Shown: in pieces, positions 38,108 through 50,573 of the stretch
Layout: every line of letters begins with the position of its first letter
Position numbering within the stretch: the stretch's first letter is position 1
Assembly (NCBI GenBank): GCA_012295275.1
Contig: CM022670.1
Location: forward strand, 8,804,001 to 8,868,000
Direction: 5' to 3'
Length of the DNA: 64,000 nt
Source: Chrysomallon squamiferum
Taxonomy: Eukaryota; Animalia; Mollusca
Translations under genes and position numbers: made by a program
Notes under the pieces: model-generated
The model's database searches: none
What the model was told of the DNA's origin: nothing
What the model saw: the letters and a program-made list of their open reading frames with translations, nothing else

Positions 38108-38444
38108 CAGTCCATCGCCTTAACCACTCGGCCACCTCGTCCTACACGTAACGTGTTGCAAACAGACAATTCACAATAAATAACTACTCTTCCATCTCCT
38201 CTCATGTATTGCCTACTGATTTATGGAACGACTTCTACTACTGCTAGACGTAGTATAAGTAATAATAACGTCAACAACAACAACTAGTTTATAGAAATGT
38301 TAGCTTTGAACATGGGAGAAGACAGAATGGAATTATAGAGTAATACACGTATAAAGAAAATCACATAAGAAATCTTGAAAAACGTTATGAGTTATAATTT
38401 TGTTACACATTTTAAAATACTGTTTAAAAGGAATAAAGAAACAT

Positions 38445-38526
38445 CGACGAGGATGGGATTCGAACCCACGCGGGCAGAGCCCAATGGATTAGCAGTCCAT
38501 CGCCTTAACCACTCGGCCACCTCGTC
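38445..38526 (-). tRNA. tRNA-Ser(GCT), intact (copy 6)
   Basis: Identical 82-nt sequence; T4 run about 16 nt downstream. Confidence 0.96.
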
Positions 38527-38938
38527 ACATGTATTGCATATTGATATATGGAACGACTAGTAATAGTATTAGTAATAATAACAATAACAAAAACAATTAT
38601 TAAATATTATAATATGTATAATAATTGTAACTGAATGCAGCATGGTTATCAGTGTATGTTTTTCTAAACTATTTCTACAATGAGGATATGAATCAAATCC
38701 AAACTCATTGGATTAACGGTCCTTTACTACTCTGCCCTCTGTTGTTGAATAAAATAAATAAATATACAAACAAACAAACAAAGAACAGACATTATCTGAA
38801 TCTTTATTTTAGAGGATTCAAACAACTGTAAAAAGAAGAGCATATTTTCAAATGATCTTGAATGATTGTCATGGTCAGAAAGCTTTAAACAAACAGAGAC
38901 GATATGAAGTAATGAAAATGAGGTTAATGAACAAGGCA

Positions 38939-40314
38939 TTAGTCTTCCTCCTCCACGATTGGTTTTCCAATCTTTTCCACACCCTGCCATTTCAGTCTCT
39001 GCAACTCGTTCAGCTCAAAGTACGAGAGAGGGTCGTCTTCTATGAAGTCATCATACTCCATCTCTATATCCACAGAAGCGACATCTGACGGTGAGTGGAC
39101 ACTACGAGACGGCGACAGGGTTTTATTTGTTTTTGAGCTACTATTGCTGGCTGAGGAAAGACAACTCTTGGGTGTTTCTTCGCGCGAAGCTTTCGGGCTC
39201 TGACCGTCTGGTTTTGGAAGGAGATTTTCCCTCTCTTCCATAGCAGACGAGTTTTCAGACGTCCTGCTTTTAACGTTTTGCTTTTTAGATTTCGCCGGCT
39301 TAGCAGCGTCCGGTGTTTTGTCCTTGGGTTTAGCAACGATGGAGTCTTGTGAATAAGTTTCAGTCAGCGAAACTGGACGACGTGCCTTCACGTTTGGCTG
39401 AATGAACGACGTCGTCTCCGCGTTCTCTTCATCAGCGAAAGCCAAGTCACTGCTGTCTTTGCTTGTTCCACACGGGTCCTCCCGCATCGTGTTTAACACT
39501 ATCACATCATTCTGAGGAGTCTTGTCGTCCCCGGGAGAAGACGTTGGAAACGAGTCTGCCAAATTTCCATCGGTGAATCCTGTGGGTGTTGGTGTTTCAG
39601 GAGACGCTACGGGAACTGACTGCTGATGTCCAGACGAAGATGACGACGACCCGGTCACAACTCTGTCCATGTTAGAATTAAGCTTCTCCTGTCTTTTTTT
39701 AGTGAGAAGATCGAACTTAGTTGTCGAAGGCGAAGTGGGACTTGCTGCAACTGGGGAACGTTTAAGTTTAGGAGATGGATGCACTTTGGGTGATCGGCAC
39801 TTTCTGAGGTTAGGACTTGCTTTGAAGAAATCGGCGTCGTGCAAAAACTCTTCAGGTGAATTATTTACAGAGTACGGACTTGCTAGTGGTGTGTAGTTCT
39901 TGGTTGATGGTTTCGGGCTGCCGTTAGCTACAACAGACTCCGCTTTGGATCGAAGCTTTTTCAAGCCCGTACTGCACGTGCTAGAAATGGACGAAGCGCG
40001 TGACGCACGTGATTCCTTTTTCTTTTTGTCCCCGGTCAGCGGGGCTTCGATATCCACGTGTGTGATGCACGGTGGGGGGCTGCTTGTGCGTGAACTCTGA
40101 CCGCTGGTACTTCTAGCTGGCAAATGGACAGGACTCTCTGATGATGTCATCGCGTATTTGTAGCGTTTGTGGTAAAATCTGTGAAAAAACACGAAGGCGA
40201 CTGTCACGATGATGATGATGCCACACAAGGCAATTCCGACTACAGCAACTTTGCTGTCGAATATAGACGTCTGTCCTTGTCTCAGAATGGTAGACGGAAC
40301 TACTGCTTGACTAA
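38939..40314 (-). CDS. THSD1: terminal exon: transmembrane helix and cytoplasmic tail
   Basis: VAVVGIALCGIIIIVTVAFVFF followed by HRFYHKRYK; long S/P-rich ORF to TAA at 38939; AATAAA at 38803-38808. Confidence 0.87.
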
Positions 40315-41402
40315 CTGCAAAACAAGATTGTAAGTAGATTAATTATATGAAGTGATATATTAGTGATTCAGTATTATTTGGCTAATAATAATAATAATAA
40401 TAAGAAGAAGAAGAAGAAGAAGAAGAAGAAATGAAAAGAAGAAGAATGAAAGAAAAAGAGAAAGAAAAAATACTGAGTAACCAATGATGAAAGATGTAAA
40501 GATTTATCACTTGTTTTAATTCAAGGAATATCATAACATCATTTCACTGTCTTTTATATAATAAAGAAGATAAACACAGAAAGAAAGATGGGAGAAATGG
40601 ACAGACAAATAAATAGATAGATATATATATAGATAGATAATTGTTTTGTGTGTACAATTCACTGAACGGAAGCATTACAGTCCTAACATACGAAACTGTA
40701 TATTTTTCTGTCGAAATAGATGGGGAAAAACAATTTAGTAGGTCATGGAAATCTAATAAAACATTTAAAATATCCTTCGGTTCTTTTTTGAATTAGTAAA
40801 AGAGAAATATGGAAAACCGTTTCAACCATTTTCCATTTCGTTGTTCACATTGGTTATCGTTACCATACACCTGACAGGTGGCAGCACTTCATTAGTACAC
40901 AAACGTTTTCAACCAGTCTGCTAACAATCATAATTTACTTTATATGAACAAATTACGTTAACGTACCAAATGATGAATATGACGCAATAAATCCGTGAAC
41001 GTGAATGGGGAGCGTGGCACTGGATGACAAGATGGCCAATGAACTGGGAGATGAGCTGTTCACCGACGGCGTCGAAACAACCAATGAAACGAGTTCTATG
41101 AACATGCGGTTTGAAGTCGATATGACGTCACCGGAAGGCGTATCTCCGTCTGACGAAAACAGCAAATCGTCGTTAGCAGATTCACCGTCGCGCACGTGCA
41201 CCAGTTGTTTATCCTCGAATAAACTGAAATATTTAAAAGTCAGTCTGATCTTGTATTTTCTGGCAACCTCGATGTTCCAGATGCCGTGCCTACATCGTCC
41301 TGTCGCGATGATTTCTCCCTTCGCTGACGTCATCTGACAACCACAGGCACACATCAATGTTATGTTCGCCGACGTTAATGGGCTGGCTGGAATTGGTTCT
41401 GC

Positions 41403-41463
<61 letters not shown>

Positions 41464-41783
41464 GAAACACCAGTCATAATCTGGATAATCAAAAAGGAAG
41501 GAAATGTCCTTTACGATTATTTGTTCTCCGTTCATTTAATCATAATTAAAAGAACTCCAAGGGCAATATGCTAAAACTCTAAATAAAAACAAAAGATAAA
41601 ATACTGGTTATTTCATATATTAACAGGGAGATTATTCTGAAAATAAATAACTGCTGTCCAAATGGATTACCTCCCTTGACTATTCTATTATCACGAAAAT
41701 AATAACCAAATTGAAATAGTTATTAATTTTTAAATTTTTAATAGAATATTCCGTTTTTCCCTCAGACCAGTTATTATTATTAC

Positions 41784-41829
<46 letters not shown>

Positions 41830-42303
41830 TTGAACATTAAGAAAGAAGAATAAAAATTAAAAATTATAAACACTCCCTGATAGCGTATATCTTTTCGAGA
41901 AATAAATTTCAGTAAAGACTGTTACTAAATCTGCAGTTGTTGTTAATCTAATAACACAAACTATAACGTTTTTATGAGGAATACGTCTCAAACTATGTAG
42001 CCGATGTTGTAAAGGAGAAACTTGAATTGCATTTAAATCATTTTACACTTGTATTTTTGAGACGTTATTAACAAATAATGTTTATTTAATTGATCTATAC
42101 AAACGTGACACTTGATTGAGTTTTAAAAGTCTAGCATAACTGGATTTTTAAACTTTATAAACTGGGATGTGATTTTTTTTTTTTTTCACAGAAACGTCCC
42201 CACTCCAAAACCTTCATTTTCCGTTCACCCAGTGCCGATAACACCCGATAACACCCGATAACACCCGATACCACCCGATCACCTCTTTATTCATAAAAAC
42301 GAT

Positions 42304-42352
<49 letters not shown>

Positions 42353-43752
42353 GAAAGAAAGAAAGAAAGTAAGAAAGAAATAACAATAAAAAAATCTTCC
42401 ACAAGAAACAAAAGAAGAAGAAAAAGAAGAAAATGGGGTTAAAACGCTTAAAACGCAGATTTCAAATGGGCTGGGAAAAAAGTATACTGTATTGTATTTT
42501 GATTTATTTTTGTACTAGACTGTGTTAAATCTCCATATATCACACACAGCTGCAAACCACAAAGTTAATTTGCTTTGTTTGCAGTGTAACTATCACAGAG
42601 TACAATCACTGGGTCCATATTAATATCACCAGGTAAAAAATAACCAAAAACAACAATACCAAAACATACAGTCAGACACACAATAAATAAAATAATACAA
42701 AATAAAAAAAATAAAAACAAAATATACAAAAAAAAAAATTATTAAAAAATAAACAAACATAAACTGAATAAAAATAAATAAATAATTACCAAAACTAACA
42801 GACAGATATGGTGTCAAATAATTTGTTTTGAAACTTTATGTTTATTGTGACTTTTACTATGTGAAAACTAAAGCAAAACAACAGTGTACTAGCTATAATT
42901 CATCTGCCTTTGACATTAATTGTTCACACATGGTCAAACCTGCTTGTTCGTAGATTTAAAATAAACTATAATGTATACTGAATTTACGAAAAAATTATCA
43001 CAAATAGTGTACATTTCTCACAAATTTCCAGCGTCATTTTTATTTTCTACATTCGTCTTTCAGATCTTGATATTTTGGACTATTCACCTGACTTGCTAAA
43101 GGAACAAAACTTACTGTGGCATATTTTTATATACTGTTTTTATATACTTTGTATTTTTCTTTAGAAATCTTGACAAAAGAAAGCTAGACTTCGTAAATAT
43201 AAATCATAAAGATTTTATTCATGTTACAAAAAGAACTGTAATATATATATTTATGCAAGCATGGCATTTTTTGTTATTATTATTATTATTTTATTTATTT
43301 ATTTTATTTATTTATTTATTTATTTATATTCATTAATTAATTAATTTATTTTTTATTTTACAAAACCCAAAAAAAAAAAAAAAAAAAAAAAAATAAATAA
43401 AATAATAATAATAATTATTATTATAAAAATTAAATAAAACAACAACAAATAATAAAAAAAAAAAAAAAAAAAAAAATAAAAGAAATATCCCAAAAAGAAA
43501 AAAACCCCATCTTCGCTCAGAAAAAAAACTGACCCCACCAGAAAAAAACCAGAAAAAACCCCAGAAAAAATCTCTTCAAAACTGCCATACAACAAAAGCA
43601 CAGCAACCCAAATAAAAATATTTAAACAACAGCAACAACAACAACAACAACAACAATAATAATAAATAAATAATTAAAAATTAAAACATAAAAATAAATA
43701 AGTAAATAAATAAATAAATAAATAATAAATATTAAATAAATAAGTAAATAAA

Positions 43753-43818
<66 letters not shown>

Positions 43819-44412
43819 GATAGTAAAGTAATATTAAAACCCAAAGTAAAACCAGTTTTTCCCATTTCCGAAATTACAGACACTATTGAATACAAGACGT
43901 TCAGGTTCGGATCGACATTATGCGATCTGCCACGGTATTAATTGGGTTATTCACCAAACTGCGAGAGAGTTTCGTGAAAACTTGTCGTACGACAGTAGGT
44001 AAATATCAGTTAATTAGGTGGACAGAAATAACTCATTTTAACCAAGTATTTACATTCAGTTATTGATTCAGCCGAGATGTCTCTGTGTTTGCCGATCAAG
44101 CCTTAATTATTGTTGTAGAAAGAGACGGCATACCTACAGTAGTTCGTTTTAAATAGCAGCAATCAGCGTTATGAAGTAGAACGTAATTATACTCTATAAC
44201 CGAATGAATCAGTGAATGAATAAACTAAAAAAATCAAGCGTAATTATACACTACTGTAATAAATAAATGAATAAATAAACCAAAGAAACAAAAATATAAC
44301 TGTTAATTTCTGTAATATTCATGTAAATATAAAGTATGTACCAAATTTAGCCTAGAAATAAAAAAAAAAAAAATCTAAAAAAAAAAAAGGTTGGAATAGT
44401 ACCGAAAATTTA

Positions 44413-44459
<47 letters not shown>

Positions 44460-45092
44460 TAGTATTAATAATAACAACAACAATAATAATAACAATAATA
44501 ATAACAATAACAATAACAACAACAACAACAACAACAATAATAATAATAATAATAATGTATACACATAAAACAATTACCTGCAGGACACTTATTATAGCAT
44601 TCTCGCCACTGGACAGTCTGCCCGGGGCAGAACCGCCCTCCGTGGAGGGGGTAGGGGCTGTTACACATACGAAATCGACTTCTCTTTCCTTTACCACAAG
44701 TTACAGTACATTTTGACCACACTGACCAGTTACTCCAGCCGCCGTCTATAGGTAATACTGAAAAATACAAAGATTAGCTCATCAAATTAGTAACCTTAGA
44801 TACTTTTACCGTAATAAAAATAAAAATGTAAATTATAAACAATAACAGTAGTAGCAGTAGTAGTAATAGTATTATTAATGGAATAACAGAATAACAATAG
44901 TGATAACAGCAGCAGTGGTTGTATTAGTATTAGTGTTAGTAATAATAATAATGATGATGATGATGATTATGGCAATAACAATAATAGTAGTAACAGTACT
45001 ACTAGTAATAGAAGCAGTAATATAATAGTGATAGTAGTAATGGTAATGATATTAATGATGTAATCTCTGAAACATTTTTATTATTATTATTA

Positions 45093-45155
<63 letters not shown>

Positions 45156-45172
45156 TATTATCTTTATTATCT

Positions 45173-45203
<31 letters not shown>

Positions 45204-45784
45204 TATTACTATTATTATTATTACTGACCTTACTCTTAATCCTTATATTTCTTTAACTCATTATCAGAAAACTTTAAAAACTATTTTAAAGATAACTGAA
45301 ACTTTTAAAACGATCTCTAAAAAACGCAATAACTTAAGTCTCCAGCCGTCTTGCTTCTGCTGTCGCAGTTCTTAATTGGACAGTTACCTAGATCCGTATT
45401 CCATTACGTTTTTCTTTTTCTTTAAGTGAACTTTGAAGTTAAAAGAGATCATAAATAATTTTGTACTGAAGTAACGACATTAAAAATAGCTTTATATGGA
45501 AACTCTTTGAATCAGTAGAGTGAAATCTGGCATTTAGAGAAAACATCGATTATTAACGAGGTGTATGCAACACGAAGTATTCATTTTGAACAAGAAATAA
45601 AAAAAAAGGGAAAGAAAAGGAAAAAGGAAAAATATAACCCTAATGGCTATATGTGCATGCTACTGAAACATAAAATACAGACATCTTTAAGCAATAAGAA
45701 GATCAAAGTAAACATTAAAAAATCTACCGAATTACTAAAACGACAGCAATATATATATATATATATTTTGTATGGTTTGTTGTA

Positions 45785-45839
<55 letters not shown>

Positions 45840-47879
45840 GAATTTTTCATAACAGCTCTATTTATTCAGTCTGCGAAATGATCTAGGTAAGAGCTGTCTT
45901 TGTATTCAGATTCACTGATTCAAAAGAACATTTTTGTTTTGTAAGTTGAGGTTATATTGTAACGTATATTTTGGAGTTTCTAGGATGAACAAATCTTTTG
46001 GTGTTATTCTATGGATATCCGCTACTTTAAGCAAGGTATCGTTTACATTCGCTTGTAAAAATACTAGAAAAGCTATTTAACAAGGTCTTTGGTTATATAT
46101 GTATCGGAAGATCGATCATTCCATTGCATTTTGAAACAGATAGGTTTTATTTGAACCATACAATAACTATACTGTACTAAAATCTTTCTTTATAATGCTT
46201 TTTGCCTGCATCTGTCACAGAATCTACGCAGAAATACGTAACAAGAATTAGGTAATATCTACACTGATAATCGTCATTCCAGATCTATATTCTCCACTTC
46301 AGCGTGAACGTCATCAAGCGGGTTGAAACCAAATTACACCAACTCCCGATGTTTGCCTCTAATCTGGCTTCGGGTATCCATAACGGACGGGACAGTTATT
46401 CCAAGGGCTTTGTCGCGTATTGTTTCAAATAAACAGAGGACAGTTGAAGAGATTCATCGGAGTGAACGGCGGCCTTTGCCCACCGTCCATTAATACCTGG
46501 AATGAACTGGCGGGGACGTTCCAGTCATGACCTCTGGGTGATCGATGATGTTAACCCAGGTGAACTGTTGCACAATGCGAGTCAGCTGAGGCAGATACAC
46601 AAATCATGTCAGTTTCAGCGCTGGACTGTGTTTGCAGACTCGGTGCATTTCATTACCAGTAATAGCAAAGCAGTATTTTGATTTAGAAGTATTTTGACTT
46701 AGAAGTATTTTGATTTAGCAGCATTTTGATTTAGAAGTATCTTCACTTAACCCTTTCATTTTTGATCCCCATAATCATAATAAATGAAGTTCACTCAGTA
46801 GATACTTCACATATATATGTTTTTAGAATTTTATTTCTTTAAAACACTGATCACAAACTGTATCGCATGTATTCTAAGGCAACAATAAGTGTAAAATGAC
46901 ATTCCAACGATTTTTTTTTTTAATATTATACATTACAACAATCAATCTACAAAAAAACACCTAAAAAACACCACCAACAAACAAAAAATACAAATAAGTT
47001 ATCAAGTCTGCTTTTGATTCATTTTATCCACATCATTCTTAAAACCATGAATAACAAAAGGCCTTGAAGCACGTAATAACAAAATCTTTGCGTCACCAAG
47101 ATTAAATGTCATTTTTTTGTTCGACTTTGTTGACGTAAATAGGAAAGTGGCAGTCCTCTCTCATTGTTATTACATACAAAAGGTTTAGCGGCAATTAGAC
47201 AGTCAGCCAGCCAAGACTTGTATCATTTTACCGTTAAATTATTAGCGGGGATCAAGTAACTTCATTAGTTTGCTTAAACTTGTAATTGTATAAGCCATGC
47301 AAAAGTTATTTTGATTTATGGCGAATATGTCCTTTCGTTTTTCTCTGCCGAAAGAGAAATGTATTTACTTCATACATGGGACGTAATAAGGCGGAAAGCA
47401 GTTTCTTCACTACTCTGGTTACAATACATACATACATACATACATACATACATACATAAATATATATATTTGAAATGTTTATATCTTTCTGCAAAATCAG
47501 TGGCGCTCTCAATACGTTTCTAAAATCAAGGCTTTGTGCTTTAATTGTAAGTAGGATTTCTTATATCGTTTTATCTTTTTTTTTAATTTATTTTATTTTA
47601 TTTTATTTTTTTATCATTTTCTACATATTATAGAAAATGAAGGAGGTAAAAACAATATTTTATCAATTTAAAATTTTAAAGATCAAATAAACGAAAGAAG
47701 GAAATTCTGACTGTTTCGTAAATGATCGAATGAATAAAGGATGGAAGGTATAATAAATTAAATTAAGCTAAATAAATAAATAAAAGAGACAAAAAAATAA
47801 TAATAATAAAATAAATGAATAAAAATAAAAATAAAACAAAACAATACAAACAAAGAAACAAAAAGTAGAATATCTAAAG

Positions 47880-47924
<45 letters not shown>

Positions 47925-48825
47925 ATAGTTATTAAAATAAACAAATAAATAAAACAAACACACAAATAGAAAAACACAAAATTAAATAAAGAAATATGTA
48001 ATATATAATATAAAAATAGACAGATTGGGATGTAAATAAGCAAACAAACAAACAAAAAAAAAAAAAAAAAAAAAAAAAAAAACATTTATATATAAATAAA
48101 TAAATAACAAAGTATCAAAGTCTGACAGCTTGAACATAACGACTGGAACAAAAGCCGTAATATCTGATTTCACTGTTTTACAACCTGGGTAGAGATATAA
48201 ATTTACAATCAATATTATATATATGTAATTCATATTAAAAATGAACTTTTTCTTTTAGCAAGATAGATACTGATATACTGGTCCCCAGGAGAGTGTACTA
48301 TGATTTTTATTTTTATTTTGATCCACAGTTTAATATACGTATAATGAGAGAGACAGAAAAAAAAAAAAAAATTGAAAATAGATTTAACCGAGTTGTTTGT
48401 CAGCTGCGCTATAACTTGCATTTTGAGAACTCGCGACATGTAATATATATGGATATACAAAGAGGATATGTTGCTGTGACAAGTAAGGTCAATGATAATC
48501 CAGTAGCAACCAGGTGGTCTCTCTGTATTCTGAGTGATAATATTTCGACTGGGCTTTCGTAACATTTGTATAAAAATAAATAAGTTAAATAAAATAGTAA
48601 CCATATAAGACAACAACAACGAATGAATATATTGCGGGCTTATAATAATGATGATAATAATGATGATAATGAGTATGACGATTTTAATGAAGATGATGAT
48701 CGTGATAAGAATAGTAGTAGTGGTAGCAGTCGTAGAAGTAGTAATAGTAATTCTATAATAATAATAATCATAAAAAGAGTAAATAAAAAACACAAGAAGT
48801 TAACTAAATCTTCAATACACTGAAT

Positions 48826-48858
<33 letters not shown>

Positions 48859-49290
48859 AATCATAAATAAATGAAACATAACAAATATAAAAAATAGATA
48901 AGTAAATAAATAAATAAATAAATAAACGTGTAAGCGATGGGGAGGTGAAAAATGAAAATTGAAAAATTTCTACAAATTATGGGGACAAAAAGCAAGGACC
49001 GAGTCTCCAGGACAAAGCACAACTTGTTACAACTAAACACACTTAAAACGAAGGAGATACGGAACAACACCTAATGTAAAACATCAAACACGTGTTAACT
49101 TACCAAATATCATGTATTTCCATTAGGCAACAATAAATAAAACAGTATCAATTATTTCACTGGGTTTTTGTAACAGTACAATATACAATTAAATTAATTA
49201 ATTAATGAACAAAATTAATGCTTTATGATATCACAGATTATTTTTGATGAGTACTTTTTAATTTTTTTGGTCATATTATGTTAGCTTCAA

Positions 49291-49358
<68 letters not shown>

Positions 49359-49437
49359 ACTCTCTTACCCTTGTGTATGTGGGTTATTTCTAAACAAGAA
49401 TTAAAATCTAAAACATATACATACAAACAGACAGACA

Positions 49438-49484
<47 letters not shown>

Positions 49485-50573
49485 AAACTCACATGCAAGT
49501 ATGTATATTACAGATGCGGAAATTAGATTCCTTAACCCAAGTCATTAACATATATTATTCAAAAAAAGAAAAAAAACCCCATTCAAACCTGAATCTGGAT
49601 GAGCTGCTAAACACAATTGTTTCTGCTCCTGCACGGCGCCATTTCGTGCCATGCTAACATAGGAAAAACAAAATCCAGCCGACGAATCATTAAATATATC
49701 ACATTGCAGAGAAACGGACGTCATATCCGGATGAGCGAAACGTTCCGTGATGTATTTCCGGTACAGTGGCGCCGCCATGGACCCATTTGAGATCCGTTTC
49801 AATTCGTAAACCCTAATTCTGTCCATTAACGTCACATCGGTCTTAGCGCACGAAGGCTGGGTATAAAACACGGTAACACGATCTCGGCACGGAAACACAC
49901 TGTCCGAACGAATGCTCAGGCCGTACCGTTTACTCCACACGACATGCATGATATTGCTCATAGAAACTGTAGACGAGGTTAGAGCGGACCTGAGCACGGC
50001 TTGGTAAACTCCGTTTAAATCGAACAAAATACAAGGGAACCTAAACTGCGAAACAGATTTGGAAATAGCTGTGTAATTTACTGTCTGAATCAGGTACGAT
50101 TCGGATTTCAGTATAAACCCGGTTGTGACGTTTTTCCTCTGAAAATATAAATCAACTTGCATCTCCGTCTGGTGCACGTTTTGATTCACACTTGGCCTGA
50201 GATGTGACATTGAGGTTAACTGAGGAGGTGAGGGCGAAGAGGCTTTCTGGCAGAGTCAGGCGGAACTGCGGCCAGCGGACCTCCATGAAGGACTGCGTGA
50301 GGACCTGGCCGCCGTTGTACTCGTACATCCTGAAGACGTACCGTCCCGCCTTGTCGATGATGCCACACGAGAATCTTCCAGAGCGGACTGCCAGCGGAAC
50401 TCGCTGAGTCTGAATTTCTTCGTCTTCGCCGTTTGTGCCAATGAACATGAGTCTGACGAAGGCGTTTGGGAAAGTCTGGTTGGCAGGAATTTGGTATTGC
50501 ATTTCTAGGTCTCCCGAGAAAGCCACGTACGTGTCTGGGACGATGACTTTGCAGAGATTGTGACAAGGGTTTT
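38939..50573 (-). CDS. THSD1: golden goal (gogo)/THSD1-like single-pass receptor (GOGO-type ectodomain, TSP1, CUB, TM, Ser/Pro-rich tail); 5' exon(s) not located
   Basis: Four phase-1 exons 50573-49589, 44757-44578, 41398-40967, 40314-38939; domain order as in Drosophila gogo; acidic tyrosine motif DIEMEYDDF near the C-terminus; +1 frameshift near 50180. Confidence 0.75.
40967..41398 (-). CDS. THSD1: CUB-domain exon
   Basis: CACGC...IWNIEVARKYKIRLTFKYFSL...VHVRDG...VISTSNRMFIE...GFIASY; phase 1/1, 432 nt. Confidence 0.87.
42234..42280. repeat. 10-bp tandem repeat CCGATAACAC, about 4.5 copies
   Basis: Direct reading. Confidence 0.75.
44578..44757 (-). CDS. THSD1: TSP1-domain exon
   Basis: IDGGWSNWSVWSKCTVTCGKGKRSRFRMCNSPYPLHGGRFCPG...C; phase 1/1, 180 nt. 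Confidence 0.9.
46668..46740. repeat. 16-bp tandem repeat AGAAGTATTTTGATTT, about 4.5 copies
   Basis: Direct reading. Confidence 0.7.
49589..50573 (-). CDS. THSD1: gogo/THSD1-like ectodomain exon (contains a 1-nt frameshift)
   Basis: NPCHNLCKVIVPDTYVAFSGDL...FSCGIIDKAGRYVFRM...EVRWP, then after the shift HQTEMQVDLYFQ...FPCILFDLNGVYQA...GFCFSYVS...QLCLAAHPDS; 985 nt where 984 is required. Confidence 0.8.

Larger units (their letters stand above)
36196..38141 (-). pseudogene. tRNA-Ser(GCT) copy 5, split by the C16orf87 retrocopy (nt 1-34 at 38141-38108; nt 21-82 at 36257-36196)
   Basis: Both halves present; 12-14 bp duplication CAGTCCATCGCC(TT); same two substitutions as copy 4 (36199, 36224). 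Confidence 0.93.

Noticed and set aside
35569-38141. Inserts as tRNA introns or tRNA-derived SINEs
   Set aside because: They are not at position 37/38, they carry poly(A) and TSDs, and both tRNA halves flank them; a SINE would have the tRNA head inside the TSDs.
33881-38526. CRISPR array (repeats with unique spacers)
   Set aside because: The repeats are 82-nt tRNA genes, spacing is irregular, the DNA is eukaryotic and there are no cas genes; the analogy is only conceptual.
38375-38560. 61-aa ORF containing STRMGFEPTRAEPNGLAVHRLNHSATSS; also ORF 36085-36312
   Set aside because: Translations of tRNA gene sequence.
27960-41337. Plus-strand ORFs 27997-28515, 31115-31495, 37366-37959, 39669-40100, 41005-41337
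   Set aside because: Antisense shadows of real minus-strand coding exons.
46290-46590. GC-richer intronic block as an extra gogo exon
   Set aside because: The candidate acceptor near 46587 gives a stop in phase 1 and incompatible phases otherwise; flanking exons join correctly without it. It may be regulatory.
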